Shown here in pieces: positions 19,057-27,704 of a stretch of DNA of 64,000 nucleotides; within the stretch, counting starts at the first letter, position 1; every line of letters begins with the position of its first letter. The notes beneath the pieces are model-generated. The model saw only the letters and a program-made list of their open reading frames with translations, was not told the DNA's origin and did not search any database. A program made the position numbers and the translations under genes. The DNA comes from an uncultured Thermotogae bacterium. Lineage in GTDB: Bacteria > Bipolaricaulota > Bipolaricaulia > UBA7950 > UBA9294. The stretch lies in the NCBI GenBank assembly GCA_964547105.1, contig CAZJLO010000002.1, forward strand, positions 40,779 to 104,778, given 5' to 3'.

Positions 19057-21008
19057 GAGACCTCGCCTCCTGCAAGTGGCTTGCCTGCCGGGCGCCGGCG
19101 GTATCGCTTCAGCTCCGCCTCGACGTCAGCAAGTTTGAGTCTCCGCAGTGTCTCGGGTGTCGGCCAGCCATCCACCTGATCCCACCCGCGCAACGCGTAG
19201 TACTCGGCCAACATCTGCTCGGCATGTGCGATCTCGCCGCGGGCGCCTCGGGAAGGAGATGGTTCCTGCGTGAATCGCCGAGGCAGACGGTCATCGGCGC
19301 GGGAAATCCCGTGGCGGGCGTTGTAGGCACGCATTTGGTTGGTGATGCGCTCGCCTGCCTCGCGGAGTTCAGCTTCGTTAATGTCCCAGCCGGTTGACAA
19401 ACGGAGCCCTTCCGTAAGATCGGGCCAGTAGATCTCGGCCATCACAAATGTTCCGCCGGATTTGCAGACACCGAGGGAATCTACCACGGCCCCGAAGTCC
19501 TCGCCATCTTTCACGAGGAATGGCTTGTGTTTTGTTGCATGGGGATCCGCCATCTCAGGAAGATACGTTGGGCCGTAGCGGCGTGCGACCTCGTCAGGAA
19601 CGCCGGTTTCATCGATGGTTGGGAACGCCTTCAGATGGTCGGCGCCTCGGCTGGCGGTGATGTGGGCCAATCCCATCGACTGCTGTGCCCGACCGTCCTG
19701 TGCGGGGATCTCCATCCCCTTGACGTGCATGGCATATTCGGCGCAATCACCGCCGATGGAAGCGGCCGCTCGTGAAACCCCTTCAGCAAGGAGATCGCCG
19801 AACCCTTCGCGAGCCGCGATCATCCGAATGAGCTTGAGCATGCTCTCCGAGTTGCCCCAGCTAAGATCGAGCCCTTGGGAAACCGAATGCGGCAGCATGT
19901 CGCGCTGCTGTAGTTCCATTGCGAACGAAATGGCGCGCCCGGCGGAAATCGTGTCCATCCCCAGCCGATCGCAGAGATCATTGGCTTCGAGGATCGCTTC
20001 GATGTCGGCGCAACCGACGTTGGAACCGAAGGCGTTGAGCGTCTCGTATTCCAGGCTCGAGACCTCAAGGCCGCTCCTCGGTCCTCGTTCAATGCGGTAG
20101 ACCTTGTCGCAGCGGATCGGGCATGCGTGACAGCCCTCATCTCGCACCCAGTAGCGATTGCGGAGGACCTCGGCGCTGATGGCCGCCGCTTGGTCGAACT
20201 CCCCGTTCTGGAAATTCCGTGTCGGGAATCGCCCGATCTCGTTGGCAAGAAGAACCAAGCTTGCCGTTCCGTATCGGGAGACGGTGGGGAACAGCGGGTT
20301 GGCCCGGATCCGCGCATGCATCGCACGCGCGACTGTGGCGAAGCGCTTGGAGTTGGCCAGCGGGACAGGTCGAGTTCCGCGGATGCAGATTGCCTTGAGC
20401 TTCTTTGAGCCGAGAACGGCACCAAGTCCACACCGCCCGAAACTGCGATTCGGCGATGCCTGGATTGCCGCGAAGCGAATGAGATTCTCTCCAGCGGGTC
20501 CGATTGTGGCGACCTTCATCGCCGGGTCCTCGAACCGGCAACGGATCATTCGCTCTGTTTCCAGCGTGTCATGTCCCCAGAGGTCGTCGGCCGGCTCAAG
20601 CCTCGGGCCGCGACGGTCGATGCAGAGCAAGGTTGGAGATGGGGCAATGCCTCGGATGGCAATCATGTCGTAGCCGGCGCGTTTCAGCTCAGGTCCGAAG
20701 AAGCCGCCAGCATTGGAGTCGCCGTAGATCCCGGTCAGCGGCGACTTGGCGATCGCCTCGGTGCGTCCCGAACAGGGCCAACCCGTTCCCACGAGCGGAC
20801 CGGTGGCAATCACCAGCCAAGCGTCGGCGGACAAGGGGTCGATCTCGGCGCCGACGTGATCCCACAACCAGCGGACGCCGAACCCGTTGCCGCCCAACCA
20901 GGACCTAGCGAACGCTCCGTCCAAGACGCGTGTGCGAACGGTCCCGGCGGAAAGATCGACTTCAAGCCATGCCCCCATGTAGCCACCAGCGATTGCGTTC
21001 GATGTCAT
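19053..21008 (-). CDS. tungsten-type aldehyde:ferredoxin oxidoreductase (AOR) family protein 1
   Basis: Likely start MTSNAIAGGYMGAWLEVDLSAGTV (ATG 21008, ATGA overlap with upstream AOR stop); AOR N-domain (DPLS..LVIATGPLVGT..SGR..AKSPLTG..DSNAGGFFGPELK), DEGCHACPIRC 4Fe-4S ligands, EYE..NAFGSN, C-terminal LPRRF.. Confidence 0.9.
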   Translation of the reverse strand: MTSNAIAGGYMGAWLEVDLSAGTVRTRVLDGAFARSWLGGNGFGVRWLWDHVGAEIDPLSADAWLVIATGPLVGTGWPCSGRTEAIAKSPLTGIYGDSNAGGFFGPELKRAGYDMIAIRGIAPSPTLLCIDRRGPRLEPADDLWGHDTLETERMIRCRFEDPAMKVATIGPAGENLIRFAAIQASPNRSFGRCGLGAVLGSKKLKAICIRGTRPVPLANSKRFATVARAMHARIRANPLFPTVSRYGTASLVLLANEIGRFPTRNFQNGEFDQAAAISAEVLRNRYWVRDEGCHACPIRCDKVYRIERGPRSGLEVSSLEYETLNAFGSNVGCADIEAILEANDLCDRLGMDTISAGRAISFAMELQQRDMLPHSVSQGLDLSWGNSESMLKLIRMIAAREGFGDLLAEGVSRAAASIGGDCAEYAMHVKGMEIPAQDGRAQQSMGLAHITASRGADHLKAFPTIDETGVPDEVARRYGPTYLPEMADPHATKHKPFLVKDGEDFGAVVDSLGVCKSGGTFVMAEIYWPDLTEGLRLSTGWDINEAELREAGERITNQMRAYNARHGISRADDRLPRRFTQEPSPSRGARGEIAHAEQMLAEYYALRGWDQVDGWPTPETLRRLKLADVEAELKRYRRRPAGKPLAGGEVS

Positions 21009-22903
21009 CCGTCTTCCCCTTGTCCCGGCAGGTCCAGTCGCGCCAACGTTGTCTCGGTCGGCAGGCCGTCGCGCGTCCAACCGCGAAGGCCGTAGTAGGT
21101 TTGGAGCATGGCCGGCAGATCGTGGATTCTTGGTTGTGGCGCTGAAACGGACCGTTCCCGGAGAACTTGCTCGGATTGATGGAGTGGAAGCGAATCCTCA
21201 ACGAATCGCCTTGGGAGGGTGTCGTCCGCTGATCGGAGCCCATGCTGGACGTTGATCCAGCGCTCGAGATTGACAATCCGCTCCCCGACTGTGAGAAGAT
21301 CACTCGCCGACATCGGCAATCCCAGCGATGACAGCGCCAGCGCGATGTCCGTCGGGAGAATGGCGTACGTTTCGGTTGTTGTGAACTTGCAGACGCCGAG
21401 AGCGTCGGAAACAGCACAGTACTCCTCGGAGAACTTCAGAAGGCTCGGCTTGGAGGTTTCGTCCCACGGGTCGAGTACGGATGGAAGCAGGTCGGGAAGG
21501 ATTTTCTTGACGACCGTCTCATTGTTGGTGAGCTCGATGGTCGGGAGGCCGTACAGGTGATCAGCGCCTCGATTGGACGTCGCATGCCCGAGGCCGAACG
21601 CCTTGGCCACACGTGGCTCCTGGCAAGGGATCTCAAGGCCCTTCACATGCATTGCGAGATCGAGGGCATCGCCGCCGATCCGTTCCGCCGCACATCGCGT
21701 TCCTTGGCCGAGCAATGCTCCAAGACCGCGCTGCGATGCTATCTGCTCGATCAATTCAAGGATTGCGGCCGGATTGCCCCAGGTGAGGTCAACCGTTGGA
21801 TCATCGAGCAGCCCGCGTTCGTGGCACTCCATCGCGAATGAGATGGCGCCGCCGACGGAGATGGTGTCGAGCCCCAGCTGGTTGCAGCGAGCATTGGCAT
21901 GGACGATTGCCTCCGCGTCGGAGCAGAAACAGTTGGGGCCGAGCGCGTCGATCGACTCATATTCGGGGCCGGCGCTTCGGCACTGATGAGGTCCTGTCCC
22001 GACTTCTGAGATGCGGCCGCACCGAATCGAACAACCCTGGCAGCCTTTGGTTTGGGATCGGAAAGGCTCAAATGCGCCGGCATCAACCCGATCGACAAAC
22101 GGGACTTGCCCCAACCGGTGGTTCTTCGTCGGAAGATCGCCGACGACATTCTTGATCGCCACCAGGTAGGGCGTTCCCCATTGGGCAAGCGACGAAACAC
22201 CGGGGTTGTCGGCGACAGCACGGTGGGCTGCGCTCGCTAACGATACGAACCGGCGTGGCCAGCGCAGCGTATCCCCCGATACCGTTACAATCGCCTTGAG
22301 CCGTTTGTGACCGAGAACCGCGCCTCCGCCGCAACGCGCCGCGGCGCGTCCACCGTCGATCAGAATTCCGGCCATCGGGACACCACGTTCGCCGGCGGGA
22401 CCGATGCAGGCGACCGAAGCGGAGGCAGGTCTCACTTGATCAAGGAGGCGTGCCTCAGCGACATCCGAGTCCATCCCCCACACAAACGACGCGTCGCAAA
22501 GGACGGCGGTCCCATCTTCTACGCGCAGGTAGACCGGATCGTGGGCCCGCCCGGCGATGGCCAGTGCGGCGATGCCTTGGGACGCGAGCCGATGGGCGAG
22601 GGCTCCTCCGGCATTGGCGTAGCCGTAGATCTCCGTTAGCGGAGATCTGAAACCAAAGTGAACCCGCGAAGACGACGGCCACGGGCTGGCGGACAGAAGC
22701 CCCGGTGCGACAATAAACGGGGCTTCGGGGGAACACGGGGCAATCTCCCAGATGTGGGCGTCGGCAAGAAGCCGCGCCGCCAACCCTCGACCGCCAAGAT
22801 ACGAAGAGCGGTAGGACGATGGCAGGACGGAACGGGTGATGGAGCGCGTTTCGAGGTCGACACAGAGCATGAAGGAAGGAAGGGGAGCGCTAGGGTTAGG
22901 CAT
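21005..22903 (-). CDS. tungsten-type aldehyde:ferredoxin oxidoreductase (AOR) family protein 2
   Basis: 632 aa; same AOR architecture (CQGCSIRC, EYESIDALGPN, LPRRFVED); alternative start MLCVDLETRS at 22870; the two AORs are clearly divergent paralogs, not a recent duplicate. Confidence 0.85.
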   Translation of the reverse strand: MPNPSAPLPSFMLCVDLETRSITRSVLPSSYRSSYLGGRGLAARLLADAHIWEIAPCSPEAPFIVAPGLLSASPWPSSSRVHFGFRSPLTEIYGYANAGGALAHRLASQGIAALAIAGRAHDPVYLRVEDGTAVLCDASFVWGMDSDVAEARLLDQVRPASASVACIGPAGERGVPMAGILIDGGRAAARCGGGAVLGHKRLKAIVTVSGDTLRWPRRFVSLASAAHRAVADNPGVSSLAQWGTPYLVAIKNVVGDLPTKNHRLGQVPFVDRVDAGAFEPFRSQTKGCQGCSIRCGRISEVGTGPHQCRSAGPEYESIDALGPNCFCSDAEAIVHANARCNQLGLDTISVGGAISFAMECHERGLLDDPTVDLTWGNPAAILELIEQIASQRGLGALLGQGTRCAAERIGGDALDLAMHVKGLEIPCQEPRVAKAFGLGHATSNRGADHLYGLPTIELTNNETVVKKILPDLLPSVLDPWDETSKPSLLKFSEEYCAVSDALGVCKFTTTETYAILPTDIALALSSLGLPMSASDLLTVGERIVNLERWINVQHGLRSADDTLPRRFVEDSLPLHQSEQVLRERSVSAPQPRIHDLPAMLQTYYGLRGWTRDGLPTETTLARLDLPGQGEDG

Positions 22904-23918
22904 GGTCTTGTCCTCTTCGGGATCGAGCCGAATCGCTTGTCCAAGCTGTTATGAGGATCCGCGGATCAATGGCTCCGGCGTGGGCAACGGAGCCGGTTGT
23001 CTCATCATTCACAGTGATCTGGGCAATCTTGTTGAGGTGGGTCAGATCGGGGATCGCCTCGAAGACGCCACCGGCGGCTTCGAGCAACTCGGCGAAGAGG
23101 TGCCCGTAGTGTCGGCAAGAACGAAAAACCAACTGATCCGCGATCTTCGAGACGTGCAACCCGGGAGGCAGCCGAAGCGAGATCGTTGCGCATCCGGCGT
23201 AGTGGATGAAGTCGTCGGCGAGGAGTCGGGGCGCCACGGTCTGTCCCAGGCGGGCAATCGAGGGAGCGATCGGAACGGATCCGGTGATGTGCGACACGCA
23301 GGCGGCATCCATCCCGAGGCTCTCCTGTAGCGTAAACAGGACACTTTCGTTGCCGCGTCCTGCGATCTGCGCCGAGCCAGCGGGACTGCCAGGCGGGACG
23401 GCGATGAGCACGAGATCAGCGGCGGCGACCCTGGCCCGGGCGGCGATCGCCTTCACGACAGCGGGGGATGGTCTCGTTTCCGTCTCGATCACCGCTGTTC
23501 GCCAGCTGCGGGCGAGATCGCCACGATTCGCGGGTGAGGTAGCGAACGCGGCGCGAATCGGGCCGGACACGCGAACCGCATCGTCGACTTCGGAGAGGGG
23601 AAGCGAAAGCTGCAGCCCCAGTGCGGAGCGGACTGGAAGCCAGGAATCGACGATCATTCTCGGGAGAACCCAGCCGTCGAGGTCCGTCGTATCGAGCCGG
23701 GCCATCGCCATCCCGCCGTGGCAGATTTCGACGAGTCTTCGGCCGGCTTCCCAGGATCCCGGCGCATCAATGCCACAGTCGATGATCATCGGAGCGGAAG
23801 GAGCAGTTGAGATGTCGACCCCAAGCAATGGGGCATCGGCGCGCAGCGCATCCAGCAGAAGCTCAAGCCGTGGGGCAGCCTCAACAAGCATCTGCCTGCT
23901 CCAGGTGACGTCTCTCAA
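22896..23918 (-). CDS. mch: methenyltetrahydromethanopterin cyclohydrolase (Mch) family protein
   Basis: 340 aa; IIDCGIDAPGSWEAGRRLVEICHGGMA, GSVPIAPS, ITVNDETTGSVAHAGAIDPRIL closely parallel Mch signature blocks as I recall them. Confidence 0.75.
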   Translation of the reverse strand: MRDVTWSRQMLVEAAPRLELLLDALRADAPLLGVDISTAPSAPMIIDCGIDAPGSWEAGRRLVEICHGGMAMARLDTTDLDGWVLPRMIVDSWLPVRSALGLQLSLPLSEVDDAVRVSGPIRAAFATSPANRGDLARSWRTAVIETETRPSPAVVKAIAARARVAAADLVLIAVPPGSPAGSAQIAGRGNESVLFTLQESLGMDAACVSHITGSVPIAPSIARLGQTVAPRLLADDFIHYAGCATISLRLPPGLHVSKIADQLVFRSCRHYGHLFAELLEAAGGVFEAIPDLTHLNKIAQITVNDETTGSVAHAGAIDPRILITAWTSDSARSRRGQDHA

Positions 23919-23969
23919 TGTAGCGATCCTTTCTTCGAACCAGCCGTGGCGGAGTCTTCTCTCCGCCGC

Positions 23970-24884
23970 CTACGTGACGATAAGATCCTTCAGGGGGAGA
24001 CGGCGGTTTCCCCATTGCCCGCCAAATGACGGTGCTGTAATCGCGACGATGCCGGGGGTGGCACAGAACGCGTTGATGGCGACGCGAAGACCGTTGCGGA
24101 TTGCCTTGTCCGAAATGGCGACGAGCGGGAATTCGATGACGGCGGCGGCCGCATCAGGGATCTGCGTCTTGACATCGGGGCGATTGCGCAGGGAGGGGCA
24201 GAAGGGCTCGTTGATTGTGACTCCTTCTTCCTTGTAGACGAGCCCGCCAACCTTTGCCCCGCTGATTCCGCCGATGGGGTAGTTGAAAATGGCCACGCCG
24301 ACAACATCGGACAGAACACGGCGGGCCGCTTCTTGGGCCGCCGCAACACAGCAGGTTGCGTTCTCGCCGAAGACTTCCAGAACGCCGTCGGTACCGATGC
24401 AAACGCCCACCTCGCGCTCGATCAGCTGATCCCCGGTCATGATCGGCAGCCGGATGATGTCGCGTCTGCCGAGCTTCTCCGGTGTCTCATATCCGTCTCC
24501 CCACATGGCCACACGGGTCGCGACATCGATCGATCGGATCGACTGTCCGTTCGGTGTGGCGTCGAACAGCGAGCATGTCGGCAAATGCGGGAACAGGTAG
24601 AGCCGGTCGAGAAGAGCAGCGAGGAACGCATCCAACCCTAACGGAGTCGGCGCATTGAGCTGGATCCAAACGCCGGGACGCCCGTCGGGTGTGTGATCTG
24701 GAGAGACTGGACCCTCCACGCAGCCCTGGATTGGGGCGGCGGTGATGATGCTCCAACCGCATAGGTAGCTGGCTTCCGCCAAGGCGACCGATTCCGAAAT
24801 TGCAGTCACCAGCATTCGCGCAATATAGACATCCGTGCACTCACAGACTACGTCGGCGATTGTTGTTCCACGGTATTTCATCAA
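23970..24884 (-). CDS. ftr: formylmethanofuran:tetrahydromethanopterin formyltransferase (Ftr/FhcD) family protein
   Basis: 304 aa; ARMLVTA.., HTPDGRPGVWIQ, C-terminal GIVAITAPSFGGQWGNRRLPLKDLI parallel Ftr conserved blocks (TPDGRPG ; GVVAITAGNYGGKLG..FPL..LL). Confidence 0.8.
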   Translation of the reverse strand: MMKYRGTTIADVVCECTDVYIARMLVTAISESVALAEASYLCGWSIITAAPIQGCVEGPVSPDHTPDGRPGVWIQLNAPTPLGLDAFLAALLDRLYLFPHLPTCSLFDATPNGQSIRSIDVATRVAMWGDGYETPEKLGRRDIIRLPIMTGDQLIEREVGVCIGTDGVLEVFGENATCCVAAAQEAARRVLSDVVGVAIFNYPIGGISGAKVGGLVYKEEGVTINEPFCPSLRNRPDVKTQIPDAAAAVIEFPLVAISDKAIRNGLRVAINAFCATPGIVAITAPSFGGQWGNRRLPLKDLIVT

Positions 24885-24919
24885 CTACTCCTTACCTGGA
24901 CCGATACACCGGAGAAGAA

Positions 24920-25990
24920 TCAGAGAAGCTGGGATGCCTCCCCAGGCCGTGAACCCGGCGTGTGCAGCACGCGCAACGCATTGCAGCGCAGCTTCAAGGC
25001 GACGGATTCTCCAAATGCCAGCTGCCGCACACCATTTCCATCGAGGACGAGCACCGCGGAGGGATCCAGCCCGCCGACGGAAATGGTGTCATCGGGGCCG
25101 AAACAGACGTGGTACAAGTGAAGCGGTTCGACATCGGCCAGGATCTGGTCATCGACTTGTGTACGAATTGCAACGTCGCTGATTCCGGCGAGGACCGCGG
25201 GACGGCCGAGGTACGGTCCCCAAGACATCAGACCGCTCACTGCTTTCCCGGCGTAGACCGAGCACTCATCGAGATTGAGCGGCGAAGCGACGATCTGTGC
25301 CAAACGGTGAAGTTTCCCGTCAATCACCGTCCGGCCGTTCTTCTCGACGAACGTCGTCTCCCGGCAGACCGATCTTGGTTTGGTCGAGCGGTCCTCCCCC
25401 CGCAGGTGCGCTGCGGCATCCAGATCGACTCGCCTTCCGCTCCTTGTTCCGAAGTACAAGTTGCTGAACGCTACGTCGTTGAATGCGATCCCTAGACGGA
25501 CGCCGTCGCAGAACGCCTCGATTCCGTGGACGCTTGCCACGTCAAGTTCGGCTAGTCTTTCAGCTGTCAACGCGGTGCCGTGGACACGAATCAGCGGACC
25601 GACGTTCGATGAACCGACTCCGATTCCCAGCAGGGGAATCGGGCGTCCGCTGTCGATAATCACGGAGGCGATGTCAGCAAGGGTTCCATCGCCGCCGATG
25701 CCGATGAGGGCGTCGACACCCGCGGCGAGCAGCGACCGGGCGGCGGAGCCGGCGCTGGGAACGGACTCAAGCGTAGATCCCTTCACCAGCTCAACCTGCG
25801 CTGCATCCGTTGAGGCGGCTGCGCGGGCCGAGAATCCGCCGCGAAGCAACACGATCCGCCAACTCGACCTGGCGCGGGCAACGGCATCGACAGCACGGCA
25901 CACCGTTTCGCGTACGACATCTTCTCCCGCCCCCGCCTTCGGGTTGGCGACAACGCCGACTCGAGCGTGAGGAAGAACCCAAGGCGTCAT
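24920..25990 (-). CDS. ATP-NAD kinase / diacylglycerol-kinase-fold protein of unknown specificity
   Basis: 356 aa; GVVANPKAG and GIGGDGTLAD (GGDGT) catalytic motifs; lacks the full NAD-kinase NxGxLGFL/GSTAY pattern, so substrate unclear; ATGA overlap with upstream permease. Confidence 0.5.
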   Translation of the reverse strand: MTPWVLPHARVGVVANPKAGAGEDVVRETVCRAVDAVARARSSWRIVLLRGGFSARAAASTDAAQVELVKGSTLESVPSAGSAARSLLAAGVDALIGIGGDGTLADIASVIIDSGRPIPLLGIGVGSSNVGPLIRVHGTALTAERLAELDVASVHGIEAFCDGVRLGIAFNDVAFSNLYFGTRSGRRVDLDAAAHLRGEDRSTKPRSVCRETTFVEKNGRTVIDGKLHRLAQIVASPLNLDECSVYAGKAVSGLMSWGPYLGRPAVLAGISDVAIRTQVDDQILADVEPLHLYHVCFGPDDTISVGGLDPSAVLVLDGNGVRQLAFGESVALKLRCNALRVLHTPGSRPGEASQLL

Positions 25991-26814
25991 TTGACGGCGC
26001 CTCCCGTGAGTCCCGAAACCAAGTAGCGCTGGCCAAGCATGAACAAGATCAGCACTGGAAGGGACACCAACAAGGCAGCAGCGCTAAGCGGCCCCCATTG
26101 GACGACGCCGCCGGAGCCGATAAAGCGGGCAAGATACACCGGCAACGTGTAGTGGGCATTGTCGCGCATGATGACCAGCGCGAAGAAGAACTCGTTCCAG
26201 GAGAGAAGAAGCGAGAACGTTCCGACGGCAAGAAGCCCGGGAACCGATAGCGGGAGGACGATCTTCACGAGCGAGCGGATCCGTGTGCAGCCGTCGATCT
26301 GCGCCGCTTCCTCGAGAGCGTAGGGGATCTTGTCGAAGTACCCTTTCAGCAGCCAGACGCTGAACGGCATGCTGAACGTTGTGTGCATGATGATCAGGCC
26401 GAACAGCGTGTTGACAAGCCCGTATACGGAAAGCACGGTGAACAGGCCGAGCACCATGATAATGCCGGGGAACGCCTGGGTGGCCAAGAGCCAGATCGAG
26501 AATACCGTCCTACCCCTGAACTTGTAGCGGGACAGGGCGTAGCTTGCCGGCGCGGAGACACAGGCGGACAAGACAATCGTCGAGAAGGCAACGATCACGG
26601 TATTTCGAAGATTGACGAAGAACGTCGTATTGAACAGCACCTCGCGAAAGTTGTCGAGCGTTGGAGCAAGCGGAATGCCCATCGGAGATCCGAAGATTTC
26701 GACATCCGACTTCAGCGCGTTGAACACGAGAAGAAGAACCGGAAACGCAAGCGCCAACACAAACACGAATACGGCAACATTGAGGAGAATTTGCTTGACT
26801 GGATGCATCCTCAT
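25987..26814 (-). CDS. carbohydrate ABC transporter permease (CUT1, MalG/AraQ-type)
   Basis: 275 aa; 6 TM, EAA loop (ALEEAAQIDGCTRIRSLVKIVLP). Confidence 0.85.
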   Translation of the reverse strand: MRMHPVKQILLNVAVFVFVLALAFPVLLLVFNALKSDVEIFGSPMGIPLAPTLDNFREVLFNTTFFVNLRNTVIVAFSTIVLSACVSAPASYALSRYKFRGRTVFSIWLLATQAFPGIIMVLGLFTVLSVYGLVNTLFGLIIMHTTFSMPFSVWLLKGYFDKIPYALEEAAQIDGCTRIRSLVKIVLPLSVPGLLAVGTFSLLLSWNEFFFALVIMRDNAHYTLPVYLARFIGSGGVVQWGPLSAAALLVSLPVLILFMLGQRYLVSGLTGGAVK

Positions 26815-27704
26815 TCCAGCACCTCCCGGATGTAGAACACGACCACCAACAGGAGCACACAGAGGATGATCAGCCCGATCGCGGCGCCATAGCCGGCCTG
26901 GTAGTACATGAACGCGTTCTGGTAGGCGTACAGAGGCAGTGTAATCGAGGCGCTGCCGGGTCCGCCTTTCGTAAGAACGAAAACGATGTCGAACATGTTG
27001 AAAGTCCAGATCGATTCCAAGGTGAGAATGATCAAGATCACCTTCTTCATGCTTGGCATGATCACGCGGAATTGGGATTGGAAGTGGCCGGCGCCGTCGA
27101 TCGAGGCCGCTTCGAGAACCTGCTTGTCAAGCGCTTGCAGTCCGGCGAGCAGCATGATCGTCACAAAGGGAATTCCCATCCAGATATTGGCGATGATGCA
27201 CGTCCAGAGCGCAAGCTGGGGATCACTCAACCAGCTCGGCGGATTGGCGACTCCCACTCCGCGGAGCACGGTGTTGATGGGGCCGTTGGGCAGGAAAATG
27301 TAGCGCCAGATCAGTGAAACCACCGTTCCAGGGAGCGCCCAGGGGATCAGCGTGATTGTGCGGTAGAACCGGCGTCCCCGCAGGTACTGCGAGTTCAGCA
27401 TGGTGGCCAGGATATACGAGAAGAAGAACATCCCCCCGACGCTTGTCACCGTCCAAACAAGGCTGTTGGAGAAACCTCGAAAGAAGGTCCCATCCTGGAA
27501 CAGCAGGATGAAGTTCTCCCATCCGACGAAGACGTTTTCCTGAGCCAGCGCCCTGTACGCATAGAACACTTTGGATATTCCCTGAGCCAGGGGGTACAGG
27601 CTTACGCCGCAGAGCACGATGAGCGCCGGCATCAGAAACGGAAGCGCCTGTCGTTCCGCGCGGAATCTCTGTGTCGGCGGAATCGGTCTCGTCCTAGTGA
27701 CCAT
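26811..27704 (-). CDS. carbohydrate ABC transporter permease (CUT1, MalF/UgpA-type)
   Basis: 297 aa; EAA loop (VLEAASIDGAGHFQSQFRVIMP), 4-nt overlap with downstream permease. Confidence 0.85.
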   Translation of the reverse strand: MVTRTRPIPPTQRFRAERQALPFLMPALIVLCGVSLYPLAQGISKVFYAYRALAQENVFVGWENFILLFQDGTFFRGFSNSLVWTVTSVGGMFFFSYILATMLNSQYLRGRRFYRTITLIPWALPGTVVSLIWRYIFLPNGPINTVLRGVGVANPPSWLSDPQLALWTCIIANIWMGIPFVTIMLLAGLQALDKQVLEAASIDGAGHFQSQFRVIMPSMKKVILIILTLESIWTFNMFDIVFVLTKGGPGSASITLPLYAYQNAFMYYQAGYGAAIGLIILCVLLLVVVFYIREVLE

